Shown here in pieces: positions 20,602 through 29,307 of a DNA stretch of 57,068 nt; position 1 is the stretch's first letter, and each line of letters begins with the position of its first letter. Under the pieces are notes generated by a model. That model had not been told where the DNA came from. It searched no databases and saw only the letters and a program-made list of their open reading frames with translations. Source of the DNA: Dehalococcoidia bacterium (GTDB lineage Bacteria > Chloroflexota > Dehalococcoidia > SHXV01); NCBI GenBank assembly GCA_009693105.1, contig SHXV01000003.1, forward strand, positions 1-57,068, given 5' to 3'. Position numbers and translations under genes: made by a program.

Positions 20602-22308
20602 TCATTCGTCCAGCCACACCTGGGAGAACTGCCAGGCGTAGTTACTGAGGAAGTAGCCCGGGGCCGTCCAACTCCTGATGCTCTTCTTCGCGCCGAACCA
20701 GACGTTGTTGCGAACGGTGGGCGAGCCGGGAAGTTGCTGGTCGTCAAGGAGGTAGCGTTGCAACTCCGCGAAAATCTTACGCCGCTCCTGAAAATCAAGA
20801 GCCGACGCCTGCTTCTCGATGAGATCGTCAGTCTTTTTGTCGAACCAGACGGACGAGTTGTTTGTCGCATCCTTATGATAGTGAGCCCACAATGGGTCGT
20901 CCAAGATTAACCCGCCGAGACCGCCATTCGATATCGCCGAAAGCTGGAGCCCCTTTTCCTTTGCCTGGGCGGCGGTAGGATAGCCAGCCACGGTCAGGTC
21001 AAGCTCGATCTTGAACCCAAGCTCGCGCTCCAGCATGCCCTTGAGCGCAATGGCCTGATCCCGAAGCACTTTCTGCGGACTAGTCGGGGACTGCCACATC
21101 TTTAGCGGCGTCTTTGCCGCATCAACGCCCGTTGCCGCGAGCATTTTCTTGGCCTCCGCGACATCTTCGTTGTGGTTCTTGCGATAGCCGGGCTTCCCGT
21201 CCCATTCCTTCTGCCCCAGGTAAACTGAGGATCGACAGCCGAGGATGAAGACGGCGCAACCGAAGCCGTCACCGACGACTTGGACCAGGGCTTCCCGGTC
21301 AATGGCGCGGTGCATGGCTTGACGGACCCGCGCATCATTCGTCGGGGCCAGCTCAACGTTCATGGCCAGGTGGCTGGCTGCCGTTATCAGGTCCTCCGTG
21401 CTGCCTAACTGGTGACTGGATTGAAATGCCTTCTGCTCGAGCGTGTCGACGAGGCCGATATCGATCTGGCCGGTGCGCAGCGCCGCTAACTGGGCGGACG
21501 GATCGGAAATCCAAATAATGGTGGCCTTGTCGAGATAGGGGAGGCCCCCCGGATCGACGTCGTAGGACGGATTGCGCCGGAAGCTCAGCGAGACACCCGG
21601 GCGCAGGGTGCTGATGTCGGGAATAAACGGACCGCTGCCGTAGAAGGCTTCCGCCACCGACATGTCAGGGAACTTCTGGATCGCCTCGCGCGGAAGCACA
21701 ATTCCCGCATGGGGATGCCAGAGCCAGGACAGGAAGTTGGCATCAGGAGATTTGAATTTCACACGAACCGTATACTTGTCGACCGCTTCGTACGTGTTCA
21801 CGAGGCGAAATGCGCGCGCGATAGTGAACGTGGGGTCGTTGGGCGTGCGAACTCGCTCCATCGACGCAACGACGTCCCCGGAATCGATCTCTCTACCAGC
21901 GGCTGCCGATTCCTTCTGGAAATGCGTGCCTTTCTTGAGATGGATCAGCATCGTGGTCGGATCCGGGAACTCCCACTTCTCTGCGAGGCCGGGAAGTGCT
22001 GTTCCAGTCTTCCAGTCCGCGCGGAGAACCGTGTTACCCACCAACGACCAGGCGTCACAGCTGCTCAAAGAAATGATCTTCTGAGGATCCTTGAGACTGG
22101 GCGCACTGGCGGTTGCGCTCCCTGATTGCATTATGATCGATCCGCCACGCTTCGGCTGCGTCGAAGCCTGCGGTTCGGCGGAGCTGGGCGCGTCGTCATC
22201 CCCGCAGCCGACGAGCGCGAGTGTGGTGCCCCCAACCGCCATGGCGCTCATCAATTGCCGTCGTGTTAACGGCGTCTCCCAGATAGTGTCCGCCCTGTCC
22301 TGCCCCAT
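20602..22308 (-). CDS. Family 5 (peptide/nickel-type) ABC solute-binding protein, Tat lipoprotein
   Basis: LTRRQL twin-arginine motif plus LALVGC lipobox; PGLAEKWE, GSGPF, DARVRQAMHRAIDR. Confidence 0.88.
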   Translation of the reverse strand: MGQDRADTIWETPLTRRQLMSAMAVGGTTLALVGCGDDDAPSSAEPQASTQPKRGGSIIMQSGSATASAPSLKDPQKIISLSSCDAWSLVGNTVLRADWKTGTALPGLAEKWEFPDPTTMLIHLKKGTHFQKESAAAGREIDSGDVVASMERVRTPNDPTFTIARAFRLVNTYEAVDKYTVRVKFKSPDANFLSWLWHPHAGIVLPREAIQKFPDMSVAEAFYGSGPFIPDISTLRPGVSLSFRRNPSYDVDPGGLPYLDKATIIWISDPSAQLAALRTGQIDIGLVDTLEQKAFQSSHQLGSTEDLITAASHLAMNVELAPTNDARVRQAMHRAIDREALVQVVGDGFGCAVFILGCRSSVYLGQKEWDGKPGYRKNHNEDVAEAKKMLAATGVDAAKTPLKMWQSPTSPQKVLRDQAIALKGMLERELGFKIELDLTVAGYPTAAQAKEKGLQLSAISNGGLGGLILDDPLWAHYHKDATNNSSVWFDKKTDDLIEKQASALDFQERRKIFAELQRYLLDDQQLPGSPTVRNNVWFGAKKSIRSWTAPGYFLSNYAWQFSQVWLDE

Positions 22309-22384
22309 TCGGTGTTCCTCCTTCCAAATAAACCCCGCAACAACGATCGGCGCTGCCCAGCTGAGCCGAGTAGAAGGTCCGAAC

Positions 22385-23590
22385 TTAGCTATCCCGAGGA
22401 TGGTCAGGTGACCTAGCGGCGGCGCTGCCCGGCGTCTCCGTCAACGCTTTAGTTGGGTCGAGGTGGAAGAACTCGACTGGGTTATCGACGAGAATCCTCC
22501 GCTGAAGCTCTGCGGGGACGCCCTCGAAGATGCGGTCGAGCCACCCACGCGAGTTTGGAAAGGAACCGACGGAGTGGGGGAAGTCACTTCCCCACATGAG
22601 GATCTCGGCCGGAAGATGTTCGCGTAATGTCATGGCCAGCGGGTCGCGGATGAAGCTGAACCGGAAGTGCTTCTTGACGTACTCGCTGGGCAGCATCGTG
22701 AGGTTGATGCCGTAGAAGTTCTTGTAGAGCCGGTACCCGTCATCCATGAAGAAAAGGGCTTCCGGCAGCCAACTCGCGTTCGTCTCCGCCATGTAGATGC
22801 GAAGTTCCGGAAATCGATCGAAAACGCGCGCCTCGAGCAATTGGACGATGTTGTAGGCCCGAACACCGGCTCGCCCGGCGACTGACTCCGTGAAGGACCG
22901 GAAGCTCGGATTAAACGTTCCCGACCGTCCTCCAAATCCGATATGGGGTGCGAGAGCGATCCCGAGCTCTAGCGATTTCTCCCAGAAACGGTCGTCCTCG
23001 GGCTTCGGCGCCTCACTGCCGTTCGGATACTGGCGGAAACAGACGGCCTTCAGGCCCAGCTCCTGGCAGCGCTTCATCTCAGCGATCGCGTCATCGATAC
23101 CGGTGACCGGAATAACGGCGCTACCGATGAGACGATCGGGCGCCACGGAGCAGTAATCCTGAGCGAGAAAGGTGTTGTACGCTTGGACCATCGCGAGGTA
23201 GGCTTCACGGTCCATCTTTTCTACAAACGCGGTAGCGTACACCGGTGGAAACAGGACCTCACAATCGATCCCGTCCACATCCTGTTCGCGCAGCCGCTGG
23301 ATCGAGGGTCCGGCGCCCGGTGCGGGGGTGCCGTCGGGGTTGTAGTAAGACTCACCGCGGTATCGGGCGTTGCCTTCCGCCGCTTTTGGCCCAAGCGTAC
23401 CCGTGGGCGGAGTGATGTTCGCACCATTGTGCAGCATCGGTTGGCCCTCGACGAGCCAGCCTTCACCCCCGTCCTCCACCTTGATCAGGCGTGGCGCTCG
23501 ATCGCGGTACTGCTTGGGAACGTACTTCACCCAGGCTTCGGGGGGTGTTTCGACGTGCCCATCGGCCGAGATCACTGTGTAGGTTCGCAT
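22385..23590 (-). CDS. Amidohydrolase family 2 protein (paralog of 18354-19562)
   Basis: ISADGHVETPP, WGSDFPHSVGSFP; start at MRTYTV after a GGGAG RBS. Confidence 0.9.
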   Translation of the reverse strand: MRTYTVISADGHVETPPEAWVKYVPKQYRDRAPRLIKVEDGGEGWLVEGQPMLHNGANITPPTGTLGPKAAEGNARYRGESYYNPDGTPAPGAGPSIQRLREQDVDGIDCEVLFPPVYATAFVEKMDREAYLAMVQAYNTFLAQDYCSVAPDRLIGSAVIPVTGIDDAIAEMKRCQELGLKAVCFRQYPNGSEAPKPEDDRFWEKSLELGIALAPHIGFGGRSGTFNPSFRSFTESVAGRAGVRAYNIVQLLEARVFDRFPELRIYMAETNASWLPEALFFMDDGYRLYKNFYGINLTMLPSEYVKKHFRFSFIRDPLAMTLREHLPAEILMWGSDFPHSVGSFPNSRGWLDRIFEGVPAELQRRILVDNPVEFFHLDPTKALTETPGSAAARSPDHPRDS

Positions 23591-23641
23591 TGTCGCTACT
23601 CCCTCACACGCTTTAGAAGCAAAAGTACGGCAGTCACGGCC

Positions 23642-23669
23642 AGTATAGCGAGAAGTGTCCCGTTCACAA
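23642..23669 (-). promoter_or_regulatory. Putative sigma70-type promoter of the catabolic cluster
   Basis: Minus strand TTGTGA-N16-TATACT, about 50 nt upstream of the first gene; overlaps an imperfect GTTCA...TGAAC inverted repeat. Confidence 0.4.
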
Positions 23670-23810
23670 GTACCTAAACGGTTATGAACATACACCCGAC
23701 ATAGGAATATGCCATAGCCGAGCCCACGCTTTATTAATCAGGGTGCCGCCTTGATCCCGGGCCCCGATCCGGCGGGGTAAACGAGCGCGTCACGATTTGG
23801 GAGACCGAAT

Positions 23811-23885
23811 TGGCTCCCCGACGAGGACTCGAACCTCGAACCTAGCGGTTAACAGCCGCTCGCTCTACCATTGAGCTATCGGGGA
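23811..23885 (-). tRNA. tRNA-Asn (GTT)
   Basis: TCCCCGATAGCTCAATGGTAGAGC...CTGTTAA...GGTTCGAGTCC...GGGGAGCCA. Confidence 0.97.
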
Positions 23886-23899
23886 GTATGCAACCGTGC

Positions 23900-23973
23900 T
23901 GGCTGGCGAGCCAGGGCTCGAACCTGAACTAAGGGCTTCAAAGGCCCCTGTGCTACCATTACACCACTCGCCA
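23900..23973 (-). tRNA. tRNA-Gln (TTG)
   Basis: TGGCGAGTGGTGTAATGGTAGCAC...CTTTGAA...GGTTCGAGCCC...GCCAGCCA. Confidence 0.96.
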
Positions 23974-24020
23974 TCGGGCGCCCATTCAGGTCCGCTTCCC
24001 GGTGCTGTGTCTGCCGGTTG

Positions 24021-24109
24021 TGGTGCCGAAGGCCGGGTTCGAACCGGCACGAGGGTTGCCCCTCAACAGTTTTTGAGACTGTCGCGTCTGCCTGTTCCGC
24101 CACTTCGGC
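24021..24109 (-). tRNA. tRNA-Leu (CAA)
   Basis: GCCGAAGTGGCGGAACAGGCAGACGCG...CTCAAAA..., long variable arm, GGTTCGAACCC...GGCACCA. Confidence 0.96.
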
Positions 24110-24150
24110 CGGAGGCAAAGAGCCTTCACCCTCCGCGCTAGTATAGCGCC

Positions 24151-24336
24151 GGTGGTGCGGAAGCGTCCACAGCGCAGACGCGTGTCGGTGGTGTATCGGC
24201 CACGCTTAGACGGGTGTGGTCTCGCCCTCGTCCGGCTCGACGATGCCGTAGCTGTCCTTCCAGGCGCGGCCCAAGCGGGCACCCACCCGGTGAGATTCGC
24301 GGGACCGTGGCGCTGGCCCAGACGGCTCCCGCAGCC
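24151..24336 (+). ncRNA. Candidate 6S-like RNA
   Basis: About 185 nt; 5' TGCGGAAGCGTC pairs with 3' GACGGCTCCCGCA; CAGCGC/GCGCTG; GGGTGT (24212) pairs with GCACCC; GGCACCCACC...GCGGGACC resembles the 3' bubble of Firmicute 6S RNAs; -10-like TAGTAT at 24139-24144. Confidence 0.4.
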
Positions 24337-24568
24337 CCTCCGGCCGCTGCTCGCCCTGGTTCCGGGGGCTTCCTGCGGGTGGGGGGCTCCAACCGCTCCG
24401 CTCTCGCCACGCTGGCGGGGGTAGGGATCCTGGCCGCCGTAGGGGGCCCATCTTCGTCTTTCGATCCAGGCGGACGATGACCCCCTAGGCGGGGCCCGTC
24501 CATCAACTCACGATGTGGGCGGCGGAAGAAGCGCCTCGAGATACCACCTGCCCGCCCGAATATCCAAG

Positions 24569-24608
24569 GAGCTGCCGGGGAGCGAGAACCTCACCGGCAG
24601 CTCTTTAT
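24569..24608. terminator. Hairpin downstream of tRNA-Gly
   Basis: GAGCTGCCGG...CCGGCAGCTC followed by TTTAT on the + strand. Confidence 0.55.
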
Positions 24609-24656
24609 GAATCGGGGTGACCCCTGTGTCGGTGCTTGGTCGATGGGACGGTGAGA

Positions 24657-24731
<75 letters not shown>

Positions 24732-24786
24732 TCATGCACAGGCGCCCGGCGATCGTAGCAGCGGGCCGGAATTCGTGTCAAGGAAC

Positions 24787-27700
24787 CTAGTTCAGGTCCG
24801 GCGGCAGGTCGCTGAGCCGCAGCGAGAGCAGCCGGGAGACGCCATCCTCCGCCATGGTGACGCCGTAGATGGTGTCCGCGCGCTCTATCGTGCGGCGGTT
24901 GTGCGTGACCACGACGAACTGGGTGCCGGAGGCGAGCTCCCGCAGCGCGTCGGCGAACCGGCCGACGTTCGCCTCATCCAGCGCGGCATCGACCTCATCG
25001 AGAACGACAAAGGGCACCGGCCGCACCTTCAGCAGCGCGAACAGGAGCGCCACCGCTGTGAGCGCCCGCTCGCCGCCGGAGAGCAGGGCAAGGCTCTGAA
25101 GCCTCTTTCCTGGCGGGCGGGCCATGATTTCGATCCCGGACGTCGCGGCGTCCTCCGGCGGCGTCAGCTCCAACCGTGCATCGCCGCCGCCGAAGAAGAG
25201 CGTGAAGTAGTGCGCGAACTGCGTCGCCACAAGGTCATACGTGGTTGTGAAGCCGGCGCTAATGATCGCCTCCATGTCCGCGATTGCCTCCCGGAGGGAG
25301 GCCTCCGAGTCATCCAGGTCCTTGACCTGGGTGACGAGGAAATCGTGCCGCTCCCGGCTGTCCTCGTAGTCGGTGAGGGCTTCCGCGTTGACAGGGCCAA
25401 GGGAGCGGATTTCTTCGCGAAGGCGGGCGATCTGGTCCTTGAGCGCGGGGGCATCGACATCGGCGCCACCGGCGACGGGCGGGAGCTGGGGCACCTGCTC
25501 TCGCCGGAGGTAGTCCGGCACGGTCTGGCTCCTGCCCGACAGCGCAGGGGCGCGCACACCCAGGCCTTCGACCGTAAGGCCCTCTGCCTGCAGCCCCTCC
25601 CGCAACGTATTGATGTCCGTCTCCCGCCGCGCGACCTCCGCGCGGACGTCCTGCTCATCCCGTTCCGCTTCGATCAGCGCCTCACGGCCACGGGTAAATC
25701 CCTCCCGTATGGCGGTGTAGTCGTTTTGCTGTTCGTCCCAGCGGGTGCGCAGCGGCTGGACGGCGCCGCTCTCCTCTCTATGGCCGGCGCGTACCTGTTC
25801 TAGCCGGGCCAGTACGACAGCGTACCGTTCCGAGACGGCAACGATCTCCGCATCGATATCGCGGGCCTGCATGCGCTTGGCCACGATCTGGGTCTGCAGC
25901 CGCGCCATGGTGGTCTCCTGTTTCTCGCGCAGCGCGCCGACGGTCCGGTACTCTCCCTCGAGGGAGGCGGCGTGCGCCCCCGCCTCCGAGATGCGCTGCT
26001 GCAGGTCCTCCCGCTGCTCCGTGAGGGAGACACCGGTCTTCTGCTGGTCCGCCGCTGCCGCCGCCGTTTCCTCCGCCCTCTCCAGGAACTCATCGCGATC
26101 ACGGAGCAGGGCGGCGCGGTCCTCATCCGCACGGGCGATGCGGTCACGATGCTCGTGCAGCGCCTCCACCACCCAGCGCAGCTCCCCCCGTTCCTGCGCC
26201 TGGCGACCGCGCAGCCGGGTGAGCTCATCGAGCTTGGCGGCACGGACAGTACGCATGGTATCGACCTTCTGGCCGATGGTGCCGATCGCCGATTCGTTGG
26301 CGGAAACGGCCTCCCTCTTGGCGTCCATTTCGGCGGAGAGCCGTTCCACCTGCGCCTGCAGTTCCGCGATCTTGCCGGGAAGATCTCGGAGCTGGGCGTC
26401 ACGGTCGAAGAGGCTCTGGATTGCGGTGCCGGGGCCGAGGCTGTAGGAGCCCACGGGCCGGAGGAAGATGCCGTCCATAGTGACCACGGCGCCGAGGCCG
26501 CGCTTGAGGACTGTCTGGGCGGTCTGAAGATCGTCGACAACGATGGTGCGGCCGAGCAGGGTATCGATGAGCCGGCGATAGGGAGCGTCGCAGCGTACCA
26601 GCCGCGCCGCTACCCCGACGATGCCCTTCTCACGAAACAGGTTGAGTGGGGTCGATTCCCGCAGGCCGACGATCGGCAGGACGGTGACGTTTCCCTTGCC
26701 CTCTCTCAGCAGCGCTTCAACCGCGTCTATGGCGTCGTCCGGCCGCTCGACGACGATGGCCTGGAGGTGCTCCGCCAGCGCCGCCTCAATGGCGCGCTCC
26801 ATCCCCCTGGGCACCTGGATCAGGGAGGTGAGCATGCCCACGATCCCGCCGATGCCGCTCTCCGCGTTGGTCAGCGCCCGCATGCCGGAATCGATCGATT
26901 CCCGTTCCGATTGGGCGGCGCGCACGGCCTCAAGCCGGCCTTCCGTCAGGGACAGCGTGCGGGACGCCTCACGATATGATTCGTCGATCTTTGTGAAGGC
27001 GTTGCGCGCTTCAAGCACCAGCCGCTTCAACGCGTCGTGCTGGCGTATGGTCTCTTCCATGTTTCGAGTGTGGCTTTCCTCATCCGCCGCCAGCCGCCCG
27101 TCTTCGTCGGCGAGCCCGGCGAGGTTCCCATCCAGTTCCGACTTGCGGCCATCCAGCCGGGCCATGTCGGCTTCCAGGCGTTCCCGCTCCTGCGCCAGCC
27201 GTTCCAGGCGGGCATCGATGTCATTGGCGGCGGCAGCGGCCCGGGCGGCGCGCTCCTGCGACTCCGCCTGGGCGGAGCGGGCATCGCGCCAGCGGGTTTC
27301 GAACGTCTCCAACGCGGCATGGCGCTCCCGCAGGGCCTCCCGGCCGGTGCGCAGTTCCTCCTCCAGCAGACGCCGGCGCTCGTTGTCTTCATCGACGTGG
27401 AAGGACTGGCTGGAGGCATCCCGCTCCAGCACCTCGATATCGCGCAGGACTTCGTCCCGGCGGACGGTGAGCAGGCTGCGCCGCTCCGTCTCGATAGCCA
27501 CCGATTGCTCAAGATCGCGCAGTTCCGAGGCAAGCCGGCGCTCTTCCGCTTCACGCCGGGCGATTTCTTCGTGCAGGGCATCGAGCTGGCCTCGAAGGTC
27601 GATGCTCTGTTGTTCCGTCGCAGCGGCGCTCGCGCGCTCCGCCCGTGCGGCCTCGCCCGCTTGATCGAGACGGGCCAGGGCTGCGGTCAGTGCCTCCTGG

Positions 27701-28410
27701 GCCGCCTGCCACTGGACGGTGTACCAGGCCTGGAGCGCCGCTGAAAGCTCATGGGAGAGCTGCCGGTTGCGCTGCGCCCGCTCGGCCTGCCGCTCCAGTG
27801 CAGTCAGGCGGGGACTGATCTCGGCGATGAGCATGTTGACACGATCGAGATTCTCCCGCGTGGCAGCGAGCCTATCGCGCGACTCGTCCAGGCGGATCCG
27901 GTAGTGGCGGACGCCGGCGGCCTCCTCAATCAGCACCCGGCGCTCTTCCGGTTTGAGGGCCAAGACCGCCTCGATCATGTTCTGTCCCATGATGGCGTAG
28001 CTGTCCTGCGCCACGTTCGCCTTGAGCAGAAGGTCCAGGACGTCCCTCAAGCGCACCCGTGTGTTGTTGATCAGGTACTCCGACTCGCCGGAGCGGTAGC
28101 CCCTGCGGCTGATCGATACCTCACTGAAATCGATGGGGAGCCAGCCACCGCTGTTATCGAGCACAAGGGTGACTTCGGCCATGCCCAAGGATGACCGCTT
28201 GGTGCTGCCGGCGAAGATCACGTCCTCGCTCCTCTTGGTGCGGAGGTTACGGTTGTTCTGCTCGCCCAGCACCCAGCGGATGGCGTCGGCGGTGTTGCTC
28301 TTACCGCTTCCGTTAGGCCCGACGATGGCCGTCATGCCAGGGGTGAACTCAAGGACCGTTCGGGTGGCGAACGTCTTGAATCCCTGCATTTCCAGCCGGC
28401 GCAGGTGCAT
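24787..28410 (-). CDS. smc: Chromosome segregation protein SMC
   Basis: GPNGSGKSN, coiled coils, central hinge, LSGGER, VLDEVDAALD. Confidence 0.97.
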   Translation of the reverse strand: MHLRRLEMQGFKTFATRTVLEFTPGMTAIVGPNGSGKSNTADAIRWVLGEQNNRNLRTKRSEDVIFAGSTKRSSLGMAEVTLVLDNSGGWLPIDFSEVSISRRGYRSGESEYLINNTRVRLRDVLDLLLKANVAQDSYAIMGQNMIEAVLALKPEERRVLIEEAAGVRHYRIRLDESRDRLAATRENLDRVNMLIAEISPRLTALERQAERAQRNRQLSHELSAALQAWYTVQWQAAQEALTAALARLDQAGEAARAERASAAATEQQSIDLRGQLDALHEEIARREAEERRLASELRDLEQSVAIETERRSLLTVRRDEVLRDIEVLERDASSQSFHVDEDNERRRLLEEELRTGREALRERHAALETFETRWRDARSAQAESQERAARAAAAANDIDARLERLAQERERLEADMARLDGRKSELDGNLAGLADEDGRLAADEESHTRNMEETIRQHDALKRLVLEARNAFTKIDESYREASRTLSLTEGRLEAVRAAQSERESIDSGMRALTNAESGIGGIVGMLTSLIQVPRGMERAIEAALAEHLQAIVVERPDDAIDAVEALLREGKGNVTVLPIVGLRESTPLNLFREKGIVGVAARLVRCDAPYRRLIDTLLGRTIVVDDLQTAQTVLKRGLGAVVTMDGIFLRPVGSYSLGPGTAIQSLFDRDAQLRDLPGKIAELQAQVERLSAEMDAKREAVSANESAIGTIGQKVDTMRTVRAAKLDELTRLRGRQAQERGELRWVVEALHEHRDRIARADEDRAALLRDRDEFLERAEETAAAAADQQKTGVSLTEQREDLQQRISEAGAHAASLEGEYRTVGALREKQETTMARLQTQIVAKRMQARDIDAEIVAVSERYAVVLARLEQVRAGHREESGAVQPLRTRWDEQQNDYTAIREGFTRGREALIEAERDEQDVRAEVARRETDINTLREGLQAEGLTVEGLGVRAPALSGRSQTVPDYLRREQVPQLPPVAGGADVDAPALKDQIARLREEIRSLGPVNAEALTDYEDSRERHDFLVTQVKDLDDSEASLREAIADMEAIISAGFTTTYDLVATQFAHYFTLFFGGGDARLELTPPEDAATSGIEIMARPPGKRLQSLALLSGGERALTAVALLFALLKVRPVPFVVLDEVDAALDEANVGRFADALRELASGTQFVVVTHNRRTIERADTIYGVTMAEDGVSRLLSLRLSDLPPDLN

Positions 28411-28418
28411 CGTCTCTC

Positions 28419-29165
28419 CTAGCCCCCGGCGCCTACACGCAGCGCTTCGTCATCGATACCCCGTTCCGCCAGCGCTTCCAGCGTGCGTGCGGCGGCGTTT
28501 TGCTCCGCCTCCTGCTTCGATGAGCCCGCGCCCGTCGCCACGCGTTCATCGGCGATGCTCACCTCCACGGTGAACTGGGGGGCGTGCTCCGGCCCCGCCG
28601 AGGCGATCACCTCGTAGCGGGGTGGCTCATGCCAGTAGGCCTGTGCCAGATGCTGGAGTTGGGATTTCGGATCGATCATCGGCAGTCTCTCCAGCGCCGC
28701 CAGTTCCGCCGCCATGCTCTTGAGAACGAACCGTTCTGCGGCGGCCAGGCCGCCATCCTCCGCCACAGCACCGACAACCGCCTCATAGACACAGGCCAGG
28801 TTGAGATCACGCTGACGGCCGCCGGCCCGTTCCTCGCCTCGCCCCAAGCAAATGCTGTCGCCCAGGCCAAGCCTCCGTGCGATATCGGCCAGCGTCTCAT
28901 TACGTACCAGGGATGAACGCATCTGCGTGAGTTGTCCCTCCGCCCGTTCAGGGTAATGTCGATACAGCCAGCGGGCAACCACAAAGCCCAGTACGGCGTC
29001 GCCGAGAAACTCCAATCGCTCGTTGGAGGGCAGACCGGTGCCGGCGTTCTCGTTGAGGAAAGAGCGGTGGATCAGCGCTGTTTCCAGCAACGTGACATCC
29101 TTCATTGTGATGCCAAGGCGCTGTTCCAGCGCCGGGATGTCAGGCAGCAGTTTACGTTCGTTCAT
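28419..29165 (-). CDS. rnc: Ribonuclease III
   Basis: NERLEFLGDAVL; dsRBD DPKSQLQ...GSSKQEAEQNAA; start placed at MNERK. Confidence 0.96.
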   Translation of the reverse strand: MNERKLLPDIPALEQRLGITMKDVTLLETALIHRSFLNENAGTGLPSNERLEFLGDAVLGFVVARWLYRHYPERAEGQLTQMRSSLVRNETLADIARRLGLGDSICLGRGEERAGGRQRDLNLACVYEAVVGAVAEDGGLAAAERFVLKSMAAELAALERLPMIDPKSQLQHLAQAYWHEPPRYEVIASAGPEHAPQFTVEVSIADERVATGAGSSKQEAEQNAAARTLEALAERGIDDEALRVGAGG

Positions 29166-29307
29166 ATTCCGAAAAACAAGAGGGACCACCCTTTGCGGCG
29201 GTCCCTGCGCGCTACGTCTGCTTCCCGACCAGCCGGGTAGTGCTTCACAGGCCAACTATAGGGTGCCCGGCCCCCGCTGTCAACGAGAGCGCCCGCTTGC
29301 CGATACG

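Noticed and set aside
12970-23885. Integrative element at tRNA-Asn
   Set aside because: No integrase, and no duplicate of the tRNA 3' end was found at the far boundary.
24340-24380. SRP RNA (minus strand GCAGG...GGAA...AGCAGC)
   Set aside because: The spacing between the conserved elements is too long for helix 8.
24138-24506. Minus-strand ORFs between the tRNAs
   Set aside because: Pro/Arg/Gly-rich, with no RBS or family motif; not supportable as genes.
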